From NCBI RefSeq assembly GCF_036971445.1, contig NC_091478.1, positions 94,302,001 through 94,366,000 on the forward strand: a DNA stretch of 64,000 nt. The letters run 5' to 3'. The notes below the pieces were generated by a model. It saw only the letters and a list, made by a program, of their open reading frames with translations, did no database searches and was not told the origin of the DNA. The DNA is from Narcine bancroftii (lineage: Eukaryota). Of the stretch, positions 14,310-27,100 are shown in pieces (positions within the stretch are counted from its first letter, which is position 1; the number at the start of each line of letters is the position of its first letter). Made by a program: the position numbers and the translations under genes.

Positions 14310-14879
14310 ACACTGCACTCTGTGACTTACTGTAACACCGCATTCTGCACTCTGTGACACACAGAAACCGCACCCTGCCCTCTGGGACTCTCTGAAACAC
14401 TTGACCCTGCCCTCTGGGACTCTCTGTGACACACAGTGAAACCGCACCCTGCCCTCTGGGACTCTCTGAAACACTTGACCCTGCCCTCTGGGACTCTCTG
14501 AAATACTTGACCCTGCCCTCTGGGACTCTCTGAAACACCGCATCCTGCACTCTGGGACACACAGTGACACCCCACCCTGCACTCTTTGATGGACTGTAAA
14601 ACCATACAATGCACTCAGACTTACAGTAACACTACATCTTGCACTCTGACATATTGTAACACCAAATCCTATATTCTGTCTTACTGTAAAACTGAACCCT
14701 GCACTCTGTTTAGCTAAATTCTAACTGTTACACCCTACTTCACACTTTTGTGACTTATTACAACACAACTCCTGGACTTTGACTTACTGTAACACAGCAC
14801 TCTGCACTCTTTTTCAGACTGTAAAACCATTTGTTGCATTCTTGACTCTGTAAAACCACACCCTGCACTCTAACTCACT
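14310..14879. repeat. Degenerate ~30-32 bp minisatellite
   Basis: CTGCACTCTG(T)GACTTACTGTAACACC-like units; the array resumes at about 15470-15544 and 16945-17060. Confidence 0.8.
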
Positions 14880-16944
14880 AGGTGCTTTCAAACTGCCTTG
14901 TAAAATGGGGTTAACTGGGCAATTTGACCAGTTAGCACCCCACTCACAAGGCATCTTGAAAGGTCCAACCTGGTCAGCATCATCCAAAGGCAACTGGGTC
15001 CCTGCCCGACCTCAGAGGTAGTCAGGGAACCCAGTTAAGCTGACCCAAGATGCGTTGACCGGTGGCCTGAACAGCAAAATGACCAACCCATGTGCTGGCT
15101 TCACATGGAATCCCCGGATGAATTATCTGTGGTGATCGGGGGGAGAGAGGGCTCACTGCCAAGGCTCAGGGTAGAGAAGTTGGGGGGGGGGGTGAGAGTT
15201 CGCTACCATGGGGGGAGAGGAGAGGGGTCAGCTGCCGCGGGTTGGGGGGAGACAGGGGAGACTAGTTTATGTGACATATCACTTGCCCCCATCATGGGGG
15301 CAGGATTACCCTTAAATCGCTGGGTTGGCGATTTACTCGGGTTTTCCCCCTCAACTTAAAAGGTGCTGGAGGCACCTTTGCCCCATTAATAGCACCTTGG
15401 TCCCAGGAGGGCTACCCAGGTGCTGCAGCTTAAAAGCACATACTTTTATAGTGCTTAATAGCACTACATCCTACTATATTCTACAACTCTGTAGCACTGC
15501 ACTCTGACTCTCTGTAACACCGCACCCTGCCCTCTGGACTCACTAGGCCCCTTAATGCAGTAAAAAAGCCCGACTGTAAATGAGGATATTCTCTGCTCTT
15601 GTGTCAGGAGACTTACCTCTATAAATGTGCTGTGGCTGGGTCCAAGGCACTGACTACAAACCCTCTCGGGGAAAGATAATCGGCAGAGCACGGCACTCCG
15701 CCGTGACTGGTTAGGAGCGGGCCGATGACATCACAATGATGCCATCAGCCAGTGACCCATCTCCCCCTCTCTCCCATCCACTCACCCCTCTCCCTCCATG
15801 ACCCCTTCAGGGCAGGGGCAATCAGGGCAGGACAGCTGGTGGGAAGTCAGGGCAGGGTGGCCAGCGGGAACTGTCAGGACAGTCAGGACGGGAGCCGTCA
15901 GGACGGGAGCCGTCAGGACGGGAGCCGTCAGGACGGGAGCCGTCAGGACGGGAGCCGTCAGGACGGGAGCCGTCAGGACGGGAGCCGTCAGGACGGGAGC
16001 CGTCAGGACGGGAGCCGTCAGGACGGGAGCCGTCAGGACGGGAGCCGTCAGGACGGGAGCCGTCAGGACGGGAGCCGTCAGGACGGGAGCCGTCAGGACA
16101 GAGGCGGCTGGCGGGGGCTGTCAAGGGGAGGCTGGTGCGGGCTGTAACAGCCCTGCCGGCCACTCCGGCACCTCACCGGGCTGCTTCAGCCTTTGGGACT
16201 GCTCGTCAGCAGCAAAAAACACGGCAGTGCAATGGCTGTCTTCCCTACTCATAATCCCCCATGCAGCTGGAACTGCTCTGGGAAACACAGAGTGGTTCCA
16301 GCTGCATGGGGGATTATGGGTAGGGAAGACTGCCATTGCTCTGCCATGTATTTATGATGGGCAGCGCTATGGCACCAGTTGCCCCGCCTCCATCGGCTGC
16401 GGAGGGCGCTACGAGGTGTTGGTCAACATGAATGTGACACAGGAGCAGCCTTTTAGGACTGCTTCATGAAAGGTAAGTTAACGTTTTCCTTCTGCGCTTA
16501 TAGTCGGCCTCTAGGTGGAGGTCTGGCACGAAAGGGCCTACTGTAACACCATTCTCTGCAACTCAGTAGCCCCTTACAAATTGCACCCCCTGTCAAAACT
16601 CCAAGGCAATGATTTAAGGGGGATCCTGGCCCACGATGATGCGTCTTGCATTCACCGGAAGTACTGGGGGATGTTCAGATGCTGGCTGCTTGGTGATGCA
16701 TGCACGCAAGCGCTGATGTCACTGGAATAAGCGGGTTGGCCATTTTCCTTTACAAATCAGCCATGGATGAGACCTGGGTAAGCTTAACTTGACTCCCTGA
16801 CTACCTCTGAAGTAGGTCACAAGGACCTGGTTGGGTTCCAAAGGGGGTGACCCAGTTGGACCCTTTCAAACTGCGTATAACTGGGGTGCTAATCATGCAA
16901 ATTGCCCAGTTAACCCCATTTTACATGGCAGTTTGAAAGGGCCT
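14880..16944. mobile_element. Non-autonomous PIF/Harbinger-like DNA transposon, ~2.07 kb
   Basis: ~60-bp imperfect TIRs (AGGTGCTTTCAAACTGCCTTGTAAAATGGGGTTAACTGGGCAATTTG versus the reverse complement at the right end); flanks ACT/AGT; inserted in the minisatellite. No transposase recognised. Confidence 0.7.
15882..16099. repeat. Perfect 15-bp tandem repeat (GTCAGGACGGGAGCC) x~14.5
   Basis: Directly visible; generates the spurious RQDGS/VRTGA/PDGSR ORFs. Confidence 0.97.
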
Positions 16945-17699
16945 AGTGTAACACCACAGTCTGCACTCTGAGACTCACTGTAACACCACATTCTGCACTC
17001 AGTGACTTACTGTAACACCACACTCTGTTTCTTATTGTAACACTAGATCCTGCACTCTGCATGCCATCACAGAAGGAAATGAGACCGCTCACTGACTCAT
17101 CTCAGTGAGAATTTCTCTTTGGATCCAGGCCCTAAATCCTACCCACACAATTTCAGCTATCTTTACTTTTGACAACCTTCAGTATGCCATCTGAACACGT
17201 CAAGGTGTTCTGCTCTGCCACCTGGGAGAGGTTATCTTCCTAATGGAGATTTGTCCACACATTGGGAGACTGGCGTGGTGAGAGCTGGTTTGTGGGCCCC
17301 TGTAATGTTAGTGGCCTGGATATGGCACAATATATGTCTTTATTGTCAGATACATAATACAGTGCACAAATGGACTGAAGTTCTTCCTTCCCTGTTCCAT
17401 GAAGATGGAATGTGTATGTGAGAGCCTAATAACTCTTCAAGGCCCAGCTCCTGAATTTTTTGGGTATGTATTGCTGAGATAGTAAGTCAGACAAGGGAGA
17501 CTTTCCCCCTGAGACAGGGTGTACACGTCTACGCCTTGTCCTCTTCTGCAATTACATTCATGTCTTGATGTTGTTGCAGAGCGAGCAGGCGGGTTCTCTC
17601 TGGATCCCTGGAGGCCTCCAGGACTGCCAGGCAATGCATGGGCAGGAGCTCACCCTAGACACCGAAGATGGGGTTCAACTGTTTTATTTCCCATGTTTT

Positions 17700-18587
17700 C
17701 TTCTTTTCTTTCTTTGGCTTGGCTTCGCGGACGAAGATTTATGGAGGGGGTAAAAAGTCCACGTCAGCTGCAGGCTCGTTTGTGGCTGACAAGTCCGATG
17801 CGGGACAGGCAGACACGATTGCAGCGGTTGCAAGGGAAAATTGGTTGGTTGGGGTTGGGTGTTGGGTTTTTCCTCCTTTGCCTTTTGTCAGTGAGGTGGG
17901 CTCTGCGGTCTTCTTCAAAGGAGGTTGCTGCCCGCCAAACTGTGAGGCGCCAAGATGCACGGTTTGAGGCGTTATCAGCCCACTGGCGGTGGTCAATGTG
18001 GCAGGCACCAAGAGATTTCTTTAGGCAGTCCTTGTACCTTTTCTTTGGTGCACCTCTGTCACGGTGGCCAGTGGAGAGCTCGCCATATAACACGATCTTG
18101 GGAAGGCGATGGTCCTCCATTCTGGAGACGTGACCCATCCAGCGCAGCTGGATCTTCAGCAGCGTGGACTCGATGCTGTCGACCTCTGCCATCTCGAGTA
18201 CTTCGACGTTAGGGGTGTAAGCGCTCCAATGGATGTTGAGGATGGAGCGGAGACAACGCTGGTGGAAACGTTCTAGGAGCCGTAGGTGGTGCCGGTAGAG
18301 GACCCATGATTCGGAGCCGAACAGGAGTGTGGGTATGACAACGGCTCTGTATACGCTTATCTTTGTGAGGTTTTTCAGTTGGTTGTTTTTCCAGACTCTT
18401 TTGTGTAGTCTTCCAAAGGCGCTATTTGCCTTGGCGAGTCTGTTGTCTATCTCATTGTCGATCCTTGCATCTGATGAAATGGTGCAGCATCAGCCAGCTC
18501 CCCACCATGACTACCAGCCCCCCCACATCTCCATCGGGCACACAAAACTCAAAACGGTCAACCAGTTTACCTATCTCGGCTGCACCA
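17700..18587 (-). mobile_element. RTE-clade LINE, 5'-truncated with inverted 5' segment
   Basis: QLRWMGHVSRMEDHRLPKIVLYGEL..CNRCNRVCLSRIGLVSH; AAAG-type tail; 12-bp TSD TTCCCATGTTTT (17688-17699, 18588-18599). Confidence 0.92.
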
Positions 18588-18636
18588 TTCCCATGTTTTA
18601 ACAGGAGAGGATATGGGTCACATCTGTCTAGAATTT

Positions 18637-18962
18637 CAGTGTTTCTCAACCTTTTTTTCCCACTCACATGCCATTTTAAGTATTCCCTATGCCATAGGTG
18701 CTCTGTGATCACTTAAGGTGGTATGTGAGAGGAAAGAAAAAGTTTGAAAACCACTGTTTTAATTGTACCTCACTGACTCGTTATGTGTACGGTTTCATAT
18801 TTCCAAAGGAAATGGGCCAATTACCATTTTTCTGAGCAAAAAATTTCAGTAACAATTGGGTCTAGAGCAATGATTCTCAACCTTCCCTTACTAATCACAG
18901 AACGATAGCATAGGTATTACCTAAAGTGGGATGAGTGGAAAGAAAAAGGTTGAAAACCACTG
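18637..18962. mobile_element. Composite hAT/Charlie-like MITE (two TIR-bounded units plus linker)
   Basis: CAGTGTTTCTCAACC...GTTTGAAAACCACTG (18637-18756) and a second unit at 18868-18962; same family as 60278-60751. Confidence 0.7.
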
Positions 18963-19218
18963 AGATTCAGCAACAGACCTGGAATTACAAGACTCCCAAT
19001 CTGGACCTATGCAGGCACTGTCGCAGACGTTTCCCCTTAGACAGAGGCTTCAGACAGATGGTGAACGGAGAGGCACTTTTATCTCCTTCAGCGGGAAAGG
19101 AATGTTATGTCACAACTGCATCCAGAATAAAAATCTGTTGGGGAAATTCTGTGAAGCATCAGGACTGAGAGTACAGAGGGCAATGAGAGAGAGGGTGAGG
19201 CAGGGGTTGGCAGATAAG

Positions 19219-20008
19219 GTGGGGATAATGGGCAGACAAGGTGGGGATAATGGGCAGACAAGGTGGGGATAATGGGCAGACAAGGGGGGGATAATGGGCA
19301 GACAAGGGGGGGATAATGGGCAGACAAGGGGGGGATAATGGGCAGACAAGGGGGGGATAATGGGCAGACAAGGGGGGGATAATGGGCAGACAAGGGGGGG
19401 ATAATGGGCAGACAAGGGGGGGATAATGGGCAGACAAGGGGGGGATAATGGGCAGACAAGGGGGGGATAATGGGCAGACAAGGGGGGGATAATGGGCAGA
19501 CAAGGGGGGGATAATGGGCAGACAAGGGGGGGATAATGGGCAGACAAGGGGGGGATAATGGGCAGGCAAGGGGGGGATAATGGGCAGGCAAGGGGGGGAT
19601 AATGGGCAGGCAAGGGGGGGATAATGGGCAGGCAAGGGGGGGATAATGGGCAGGCAAGGGGGGGATAATGGGCAGACAAGGGGGGGGATAATGGGCAGAC
19701 AAGGGGGGGATAATGGGCAGACGGGGGGGAGGGAATAATGGGCAGACAAGGGGGGATAATGGGCAGACAAGGGGGGATAATGGGCAGACAAGGGGGGATA
19801 ATGGGCAGACAAGGGGGGGATAATGGGCAGACAAGGGGGGGATAATGGGCAGACAAGGGGGGGATAATGGGCAGACAAGGGGGGGATAATGGGCAGACAA
19901 GGGGGGGATAATGGGCAGACAAGGGGGGGATAATGGGCAGACAAGGGGGGGATAATGGGCAGACAAGGGGGGGATAATGGGCAGACAAGGGGGGGATAAT
20001 GGGCAGAC
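19219..20008. repeat. 22-bp G-rich minisatellite (ATAATGGGCAGACAAGGGGGGG) x~36
   Basis: Directly visible; block of variant units (GGCAGGCAA) at about 19560-19660. Confidence 0.97.
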
Positions 20009-20381
20009 ATGGGGTCCACTGATCTCAAAGAGGGATGGCAATGGAGCAAGCTAGAATCTCTGGCCTCTGTAATGTTAGTGGCCTGGGAGTCCCTCTCTCC
20101 CTGATGTTGTCTCTCTGGCTCTCGGACAAGGTTCTGACCCAGAAGGGGGTCAGGCAGATGGCTATCTTCACATTCCCCACCTGAGGCTGACATGTCTTCT
20201 TAAATCTCCCCACATTTCCATCATCCCCAACCCTCACCCCATTAATCCACCTTCTCCTCCTCTGCCCCCCCCCCCCCACCCCACCATGTTGGGGATAGAA
20301 GAGGAAACAGGGGCACCTGGGAAACACCAGGTCACAAGGAGAAGGTGCAAACTCCACACGGACAGTGCCTGAGATCGGGAC

Positions 20382-20557
20382 TGTACTGACAATAACCACA
20401 CCAGCAGTGCGAGTATATGACAGCTTTAATAAACTAATACGTCCACTAAGAGGTCTTGTCTCTCTGCAAGAGGAACCTGGAAGGCTAGAACTGCTTGATA
20501 GACAAGGTCACCGGGGTGACCCCTGATGACCTAATGGTGTAATTACATATCAGCACA
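20382..20557. mobile_element. Short solo LTR inserted in a SINE
   Basis: TG...CA termini, perfect 5-bp TSD GGGAC (20377-20381, 20558-20562). Confidence 0.75.
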
Positions 20558-20789
20558 GGGACAACCTGGGACTCTGGACCCTCCCAGCACTGGCCCTTGC
20601 TGCTCTCTCTCACTCTCTCCAGCGGGAGTGTCTGTGCGAGCAGGGTCTTCACATCACCTCTGCCAGAGTTTGGGAAGGTTCTCGGGCTTTTCAGAAGTTG
20701 GTTTGCAGAGCCCAATTGTTGCCCTGAGATGGAGGTGAACGAGCAGATCATTCCTCAACGAGCTGCAAATATTTTAAAAGATCTACCCC

Positions 20790-21160
20790 CGATATGATCT
20801 GATCTCGGCGCCCGACACAGTCCCGCAACCGCACCGCTCCCCCGTAGGCAGCGCCGAGAGGTGCAGTGGGCGGGACCAGGTTGAACCAGCTCGGCCAGGA
20901 AGGGAAGCCGCAGAATCGAGAGTCGACGCTCGGTTCGGAGTGACCACTGCTCGGCAGCGGGAGTAGGAGGATCCGGGGCGGATCCGGAGGCCAAAGCAGA
21001 ACCGGGAACCTGGAGGCCGAACCGCGAGCGGAGGAATCGGAGCGCCCGGTCCCGGGAACCGCCCCTCCCCTCCACCCTCCGTCCGCGATGACCGACTCGG
21101 TTCGGTCCGGAACCCCGCGGGAGAACAGCTATTTCCGTAAGGTCGGTGTGGCCGGACAGG
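20790..21160 (+). promoter_or_regulatory. RHPN2 CpG island (promoter/5' UTR)
   Basis: Strong local CpG enrichment and GC boxes (GGGCGG about 20868, CCGCCCC about 21059) directly upstream of ATG 21088. Confidence 0.65.
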
Positions 21161-24100
21161 GGAGAGTGAGGAGGGTGGGCGTTAGAAGGGAGGGTATTCA
21201 TCAAGTCACCTGTGGTTGAACCTTATCCTGAGCTCCTGTTTTCTCGGGGGGGGGGGGGTTGCCCGTACTCGTGGGGGGGGGGGTTGCCCGTACTCGTGGG
21301 GGGGGGGTTGCCCGTACTCGTGGGGGGGGGGTTGCCCGTACTCGTGGGGGGGGGGGTTGCCCGTACTCGTGGGGGGGGGGGTTGCCCGTACTCGTGGGGG
21401 GGGGGTTGCCCGTACTCGTGGGGGGGGGGGTTGCCCGTACTCGTGGGGGGGGGGGTTGCCCGTACTCGTGGGGGGGGGGGTTGCCCGTACTCGTGGGGGG
21501 GGGGGGGTTGCCCGTACTCGTGGGGGGGGGGGTTGCCCGTACTCGTGGGGGGGGGGGGGGGTTGCCCGTACTCGTGGGGGGGGGGTTGCCCGTACTCGTG
21601 GGGGGGGGGGGTTGCCCGTACTCGGGGGGAGGGGAAAGCTCCCTCGGGAGACGGGGGGTCGGCCCCAGCGGTTGGTCACGGGTCACGTCTGTAAACACAC
21701 CTCGCAGGGGTGTTTACGGAGCTGTCCTGCCCGTCGGAACAGAGCCCGGGGCTTGGGTTGTCGCCAATATTGTAAGGTCACGGGTTTGTTCTCAGAGTGG
21801 TACAACATAGAACAGGACTTTCGGCCCAACTTGTCCATGCCGACCAGGCTCTCCACCTGATTTCGTCCTACCTGGCTGTTTTCTGCAGGTGTCCTTTTCA
21901 ATTTATCCATGGACCTGCCAACATTGTGATTCCTCTGCATCTGGTTCCACACACTCACCACCTAGAAAGAAAGATTGATAGGTTCTTGATGAGCTAGTAC
22001 ATCAAAAGTCGGGGTGTGGGGCAATAGATCAGCTCATGATTGAATGGTGGGCAGATTTGATGGGCTGAATGGCCTATTTCTGCTTCTGTGTCTTGTGGAA
22101 GAAGGTTTCCTCTCACTTCCCTTTTAAATATTTCCCCTTTTAAATATTTCCCCTTTCTCCCTAAATCCTGCTATCTTAGGGGGGGGGGAATCCATGCCCC
22201 TCATGACTATATAAGGACTCCCTCAGTCTCCTACAATCTAGGGAGAAAAGTCCCAATCCATCCAGCTGTCCTTATAATTCAACCCCCCCACCACCGTTAT
22301 GGAAACATTCAAATGAATATTTTCTACTCCCTTTTCCAGTCTAATGTCATCCTTCCTGTAGCTGAGCCACCAAAACTGTACAGGATTCTCCAGATGAGGT
22401 CTTGTCCAGTGGTAAGGTGATAACCCTGATCCAATTCCCAATGCCCTGATTGACGAAGGCAAGCGTGATACATGCCTTCTTCACCACCCAATGTGTTTCC
22501 ACTCTCTTGGAACTATGTACCTGTGCCCAAAAGCTTCTGTTCTACAACTCTCTCCAAGGTCATGCCATTCAACATACAAGTTTAGCCCTAGTTAACCAAG
22601 TGCAACACCTCGTCTGAGTTAAATGTCTTCTTTAGCCCACTGTTCTGGTTAATCTTACACAGCATGTGGACTCTTGCTTGTGTCCTTCAATGGGAGACCA
22701 GACAGCTTATGGTTATTTGGAAACAAGATCCTGTTTACTGAATTGAGCGAAACATACAAGTCTACAGACACTGTGATTGTAGTGAAAACACAAAATTGTT
22801 GGAAGGACTGAGCAAGTCATGCAGCCAGAGGTCTGAAACATTGGTTATACATTGTATCTTTAACCTCTTGTGGACATTGAGCTTCTCCAGCATTTTTTTG
22901 TTTGTATCCCTTTTACTGATCCTGTTCCCAGAACTTTAACACCAGCTCACATTGAAACTGCCCACTAGGGCACGAGGGTGTGGAGAATGGGGGCGGTGTC
23001 TGTATTGGAGATTGTTTCCCTTGGCTTGTGTTGCATGGGAGGTGTGGGCCCATTGGATAGAAATTGGTGGGGGAAGGGGGTGGTTCTGGGGGTGATCAGG
23101 ACCTCCCAGTGAGCAGTGACACAGGCTCTGTGGTGACATCATGGCAGCCCCCTGTCAGATGTCAATACCTGGCATGAACACCATGGAAATTCCCACTGCT
23201 GGATGCTCCACAAACCTGCTGAAGGGTGTATTGGGAACCAAAGTGGTGTGTATCACTCTTGATCTGTGAGTAACACTAGTTTCACTTGCGGTGTTGAGTT
23301 TCAGGAAAATAAATCCATAAAAAAGGTGTGTACCCTGCATACCAGAGTGAGGCCCTTAATGCTGGGAATCTACCTCCTGCTTGCCCAGATTAGAGACACG
23401 GATCACTAATCCTCTCCTGGACTGGGCTGCAGCCTTGCTGCATCATGCCTGGGCAATCATGCCTGGGCAATCCCACACCTGCTCTAATTCCATGTCCCTC
23501 TCTGTTCTGCTCATCCCATGACTTGTCCACGTGCCTCCTGATCCTGCTTCTACTTCCTCTGGCAGCTCGTTTCAAACACCAACATGAACAATTCATTCCT
23601 CAGGCTCCCTCTCACCTGCCCTGTGCCCTCTAATTTTGGACACCTACCATGGGGATCAGGCGCTGGTTATCTACACCATCACGGTCCCTCATGTTGTTGT
23701 TATGAATGATGAGATTGATATTGTTGTCTCCAAGGACAGGATATTGGGGATTGCATTGCTCAGGTGCACAAATGCGTGTGAGAGAAGCTTCTGGAATGTG
23801 TATGAGTCAGCATTGATAAATCATTGACAAGGCTGTGTGTCCCAGGAACGTGAGGGTGTGTCTGGGGCATTCACTTGCTAAATGTGGCTGCAAACATGGG
23901 CTGACCACAGTCACTCTCACTCCCATCCCCACCCCATTCCAACCCCCTTCTCATCCCACCATGTGAAGGAGGGGCCTTACTATATGGTTGTTCCTTAACT
24001 TCACTGATGGTGTTTGGATTATGTGTGCTTCAGCTCTCAGACAGTAAAGCCCCAATGGGCCGCATGGCCTCCCATGTTAAAGTAGCTGTGATTATGGAGA

Positions 24101-27100
24101 TGCTGAAATAGCCAACAGGTCAGGTGTGGAGGGAGAGACTACACTGTGTTTATTGGGTCTGTTCAAGAGAGATGCTGCTCACAAACAGGTCCTTCAGCCC
24201 ACAGAGTCCATGACAGCCTATTAATTACAATCCCAGTTTATTCCTCTTTGTCCACACACACACACAAGAAACCTGCAAGTTCCTTACAGACAGTGCTGGA
24301 TGTAGGGGGGGGGGGTGGGGTGAGGCAGCAAGACTCCCACTTCACCACCTTGCCAACACTGCCATTTGTTTTCCAGGGATGTAACCCGTATGCCGAGACT
24401 GGCCGCAGCAAGCTACAGAGTCACCGGGTCTCTCTCAACCAGCAGATTATCAAAGCCATGCGCCTGCGGACAGGAGCGGAGAACCTGCTTCGGTAAGCCC
24501 ACTGCATGCCCCCCGTCTGCTGTCTGCACCTACTGTCTGCATCTACTCCGCGGCCCGCACATCCATCCCACTCTCTCTGCGCCTGCCTCGGTGCCTGTCA
24601 GTCCCATTGTGAGACTCTCAGTTTCTGTCCCACTATCTGCTGCCCCACTGCCTGTGTGTTTTTCAAGTACCTGGATGGGTCAGAATCAGAATTTATTGTT
24701 ATGAACATGTCACAAAATTCCTTGTTTTGCAGCAGCATCAGGGTGCAAATATTTCTATAAATTACTGTTTAAAATAAATAAATTAGTGCAAAGATAAGAA
24801 AAAGTGAGGTAGTGTCAGTGGTTCATTGTCTATTCAGAAAACTGATGGCAGAGGGGAAGAAACTGTGTTTGTACCCCTGGATGTTTGTCTTCAGGCTCGT
24901 GTTCTTTATGGTAGCAGTGTGAAGAGGGCATGGCCTGGGTGGTGAGGGTCCTTGAGTATGTAGGCTGCATTCTTGTGACATCGCCTCTTATAGATGTCCT
25001 CGATTGAGTTAAGACTAATGCCATGTTGGCGCTGGCTGAGTTCACAACTGTCTAAACCCTCTTATTGTCCTGTGCATTGGCATCTCCATACCAGACAGTG
25101 GTGCTNNNNNNNNNNNNNNNNNNNNNNNNNNNNNNNNNNNNNNNNNNNNNNNNNNNNNNNNNNNNNNNNNNNNNNNNNNNNNNNNNNNNNNNNNNNNNNN
25201 NNNNNNNNNNNNNNNNNNNNNNNNNNNNNNNNNNNNNNNNNNNNNNNNNNNNNNNNNNNNNNNNNNNNNNNNNNNNNNNNNNNNNNNNNNNNNNNNNNNN
25301 NNNNNNNNNNNNNNNNNNNNNNNNNNNNNNNNNNNNNNNNNNNNNNNNNNNNNNNNNNNNNNNNNNNNNNNNNNNNNNNNNNNNNNNNNNNATGCGGTGC
25401 AGTTCAGTCTTCTGGTAGATGTAACAGCATCAGAAACTCCAGAGGAATCTGGCCAGTCAGGGTGCATCTGCAGAGAAACAAACCAGTCAAAGTTTCAGGG
25501 TCAGGAACCCTTCCTCAGGACTGAAAGAGAGTGGTTTAATTTTCTGTCCCAATCCTGTGTGTCTGGGGCCTCTGCCACTCCCACAGTGAGCCCCAGCATA
25601 AATGAGAGCAACAACACCTGACCATATTCTGGAGCTCTCTAACCTGGGGTGAGTTCATTGTTTTCTGTTGGCACTGTTCTTTGCTGTCAAGGTCCCTCCA
25701 CCCCATCAGCACTGCTTGCCCTGGTTCCCCTGATCTCTAGTCTACCTCCTTTCTCAGAGCTCTGCTTTGAAAACTGACATCCCCCACCCCACCGCCCCCT
25801 CTCAGTTCTAAGGAAGGTCCCCCAACTGATTCACTGACCAGTTTTCTCTCCACAGGTGATTCCTGACTGGGTTCTTCTGACATTCTATTTTTTGTTGTAG
25901 TTCTATTTTTGAAGCAGACAATTTCTATGACTTATTTGATAAAATTAAAGGTTACTGTAAAATCATAATCTACTGGCAGGTCAGGGATTGGCTCAATGGT
26001 CATATTTAGGTTCACAGAAAGAGGTTATGGGGAAAATATCAATAAGATTGAAAGAGTACAGAGAAAAATTACAAGCTGGTTCTTGACGAATTGAGTGAAA
26101 AAGAAAGGGTGCATAGATTAGGACTTTATTTCCTAGAGCATTGGAGAATGAGGGGTGATTTGATAGAGGCATACAAAATGATGAGGGGTATAGATAGTAG
26201 GGGGAAAATACCTGTTTGCATTTACCCTGAGGGTGGGTGAGACAAGAATGAGAGGACATGGGTTAAGGGTGAAAGGCAAAATATTTAAGGGCAGTATTTG
26301 GAGGAACTTCTTCACAAAGGGCAGTGAGAGTGTGGAATAAGCTTCCAGTGAAGGTGGTGGATGAGGTGGTGGTTCTAGTTCAATGTTTAAGAGAAGATTG
26401 GTTAAGTACAGGGGCTGGAGGGGTATGGTCTAGACCCAGGTTGATGAGACTGGGGTAAAATAGTTTGCCAAAGTATCCATATAGATTGGTGCCAGGTCTC
26501 AACTACCTGCAGCTTCCATTGACGGCTGGGATCTGGTGAACTGTGGCCAAGTTTGTGGGTGATTCAGAGATGGGTGTGTCAGTAGGTTGTGAGCTCACAG
26601 ATACTGCAGAGATTCTGTGTGAGAGCAGGAGAATGGGGACTGGAGAATAATGAGGGAAAAGGTGATGTTTTTCATCTGGAAGGAATGAAAAAGAAAATTG
26701 TTAAACAAATTGAGTGTAATGTGATTATTAACTTTCATTGCAAGGGGTATGGAAATAATGAGGTCTGCCCTGACCCTGAATACTACATTGCCCTGAACCC
26801 AACACTTACAACTGGAGGACGGGTTGCTATGGAGGATGAGAGGGGTGAGGAGGAGGCAGTGTGGTGGGGAGAGGTGTGTATGGGAGGGGATGTGTGCAGT
26901 GGGGGGAGTGAAACAGTGTGTAGGGGTGGAATGAAGTGGTGAATATGGGGAGGCTCATCTCTGTGTTGCAGGTCATGGACAATTCATTGGGTACTGCTGG
27001 AATTGAGCTTCAGGAGTTGGGGAGGGGGATTATGAGGGGAGAAGTTGTGTAGACAGGGTGTGTGGAGATAGGTGAGGTATTGGGGTAGGAGCTCAGTGCA

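Noticed and set aside
15752-16469. 131-223 aa ORFs with RQDGS/VRTGA repeats
   Set aside because: Products of the 15-bp array inside a transposon; no recognisable domain.
19088-20193. Three 292-344 aa Pro-rich ORFs
   Set aside because: Translations of the 22-bp minisatellite, open in several frames.
21201-21860. Gly/Pro-rich ORFs; CRISPR-like repeat-spacer appearance
   Set aside because: The 'spacers' are only poly-G of variable length; eukaryotic intron with no cas genes.
24994-25524. ORFs spanning X runs
   Set aside because: Artefacts of the N gap.
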